From: Camelus dromedarius
Taxonomy: Eukaryota
Direction of reading: 5' to 3'
NCBI RefSeq assembly: GCF_036321535.1
Contig: NC_087437.1
Coordinates: forward strand, 42,224,001 to 42,288,000
DNA length: 64,000 bases
Shown here piece by piece: positions 63,756 through 64,000 of the stretch (position 1 is the first letter of the stretch; each line of letters opens with the position of its first letter). The notes beneath the pieces are model-generated. The model made no database searches, was not told the DNA's origin, and worked only from the letters and a program-made list of their open reading frames with translations. The translations under genes and the position numbers were made by a program.

Positions 63756-64000
63756 GTATTAGTCAGGGTTTTCTGGAAAAACAGAACCTATAGGACGTGC
63801 ATAAATAGAGATTTATTTTAAAGAATTTACTCATGTAATTATGGAAGGAGGCTGGCAAGTCCAAAATCTGCAGGGTAGGCTGGCAGGCTGGAGACCCAGG
63901 GAAGAGCTATTGTTGCAGTTTGAGTCTGAAGGCCACTGGTGGGTAGAACGCCTTCTTGTGCGGAGAGGACGGTCTTTGCTCTATGAAGGCCTTCAACTTA
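63756..64000 (-). mobile_element. MLT2-type LTR, cut by the window end
   Basis: TGTATTAGTCAGGGTTTTCTGGAAAAACAGAACC, similar to the start of the element at 24546. Confidence 0.75.

Overview
Mammalian genomic DNA. The tRNA-derived SINEs resemble the camelid Vic-1 family, so the source is probably a camelid (inference). The window holds two complete minus-strand genes. GHSR (ghrelin receptor) has 2 coding exons, 13805-13010 and 10787-10483, giving 366 aa, plus an intron read-through 1b-type ORF of 314 aa. TNFSF10/TRAIL has 5 coding exons between 49966 and 35334, giving 289 aa. All splice junctions were read by eye, are GT-AG and keep frame. The rest is intronic or intergenic DNA rich in L1, L2/MIR, MLT/ERV LTRs, hAT MITEs, SINEs and simple repeats. 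I see no new protein-coding system. The best leads are: (1) a young ~1.66 kb sense-oriented L1 with a perfect 17-bp TSD inserted 26 nt after the TRAIL stop codon; (2) a 21-unit CA-rich minisatellite upstream of the weak-donor, frame-shifting TRAIL exon 3; (3) an extra cysteine in a TRAIL receptor-contact loop; (4) an extended GHSR1b tail; (5) a predicted GHSR 5'UTR intron holding a (TG)21 repeat and two upstream ATGs; (6) a templated insertion inside a SINE. Repeat family names and human comparisons come from recall, not from database searches.
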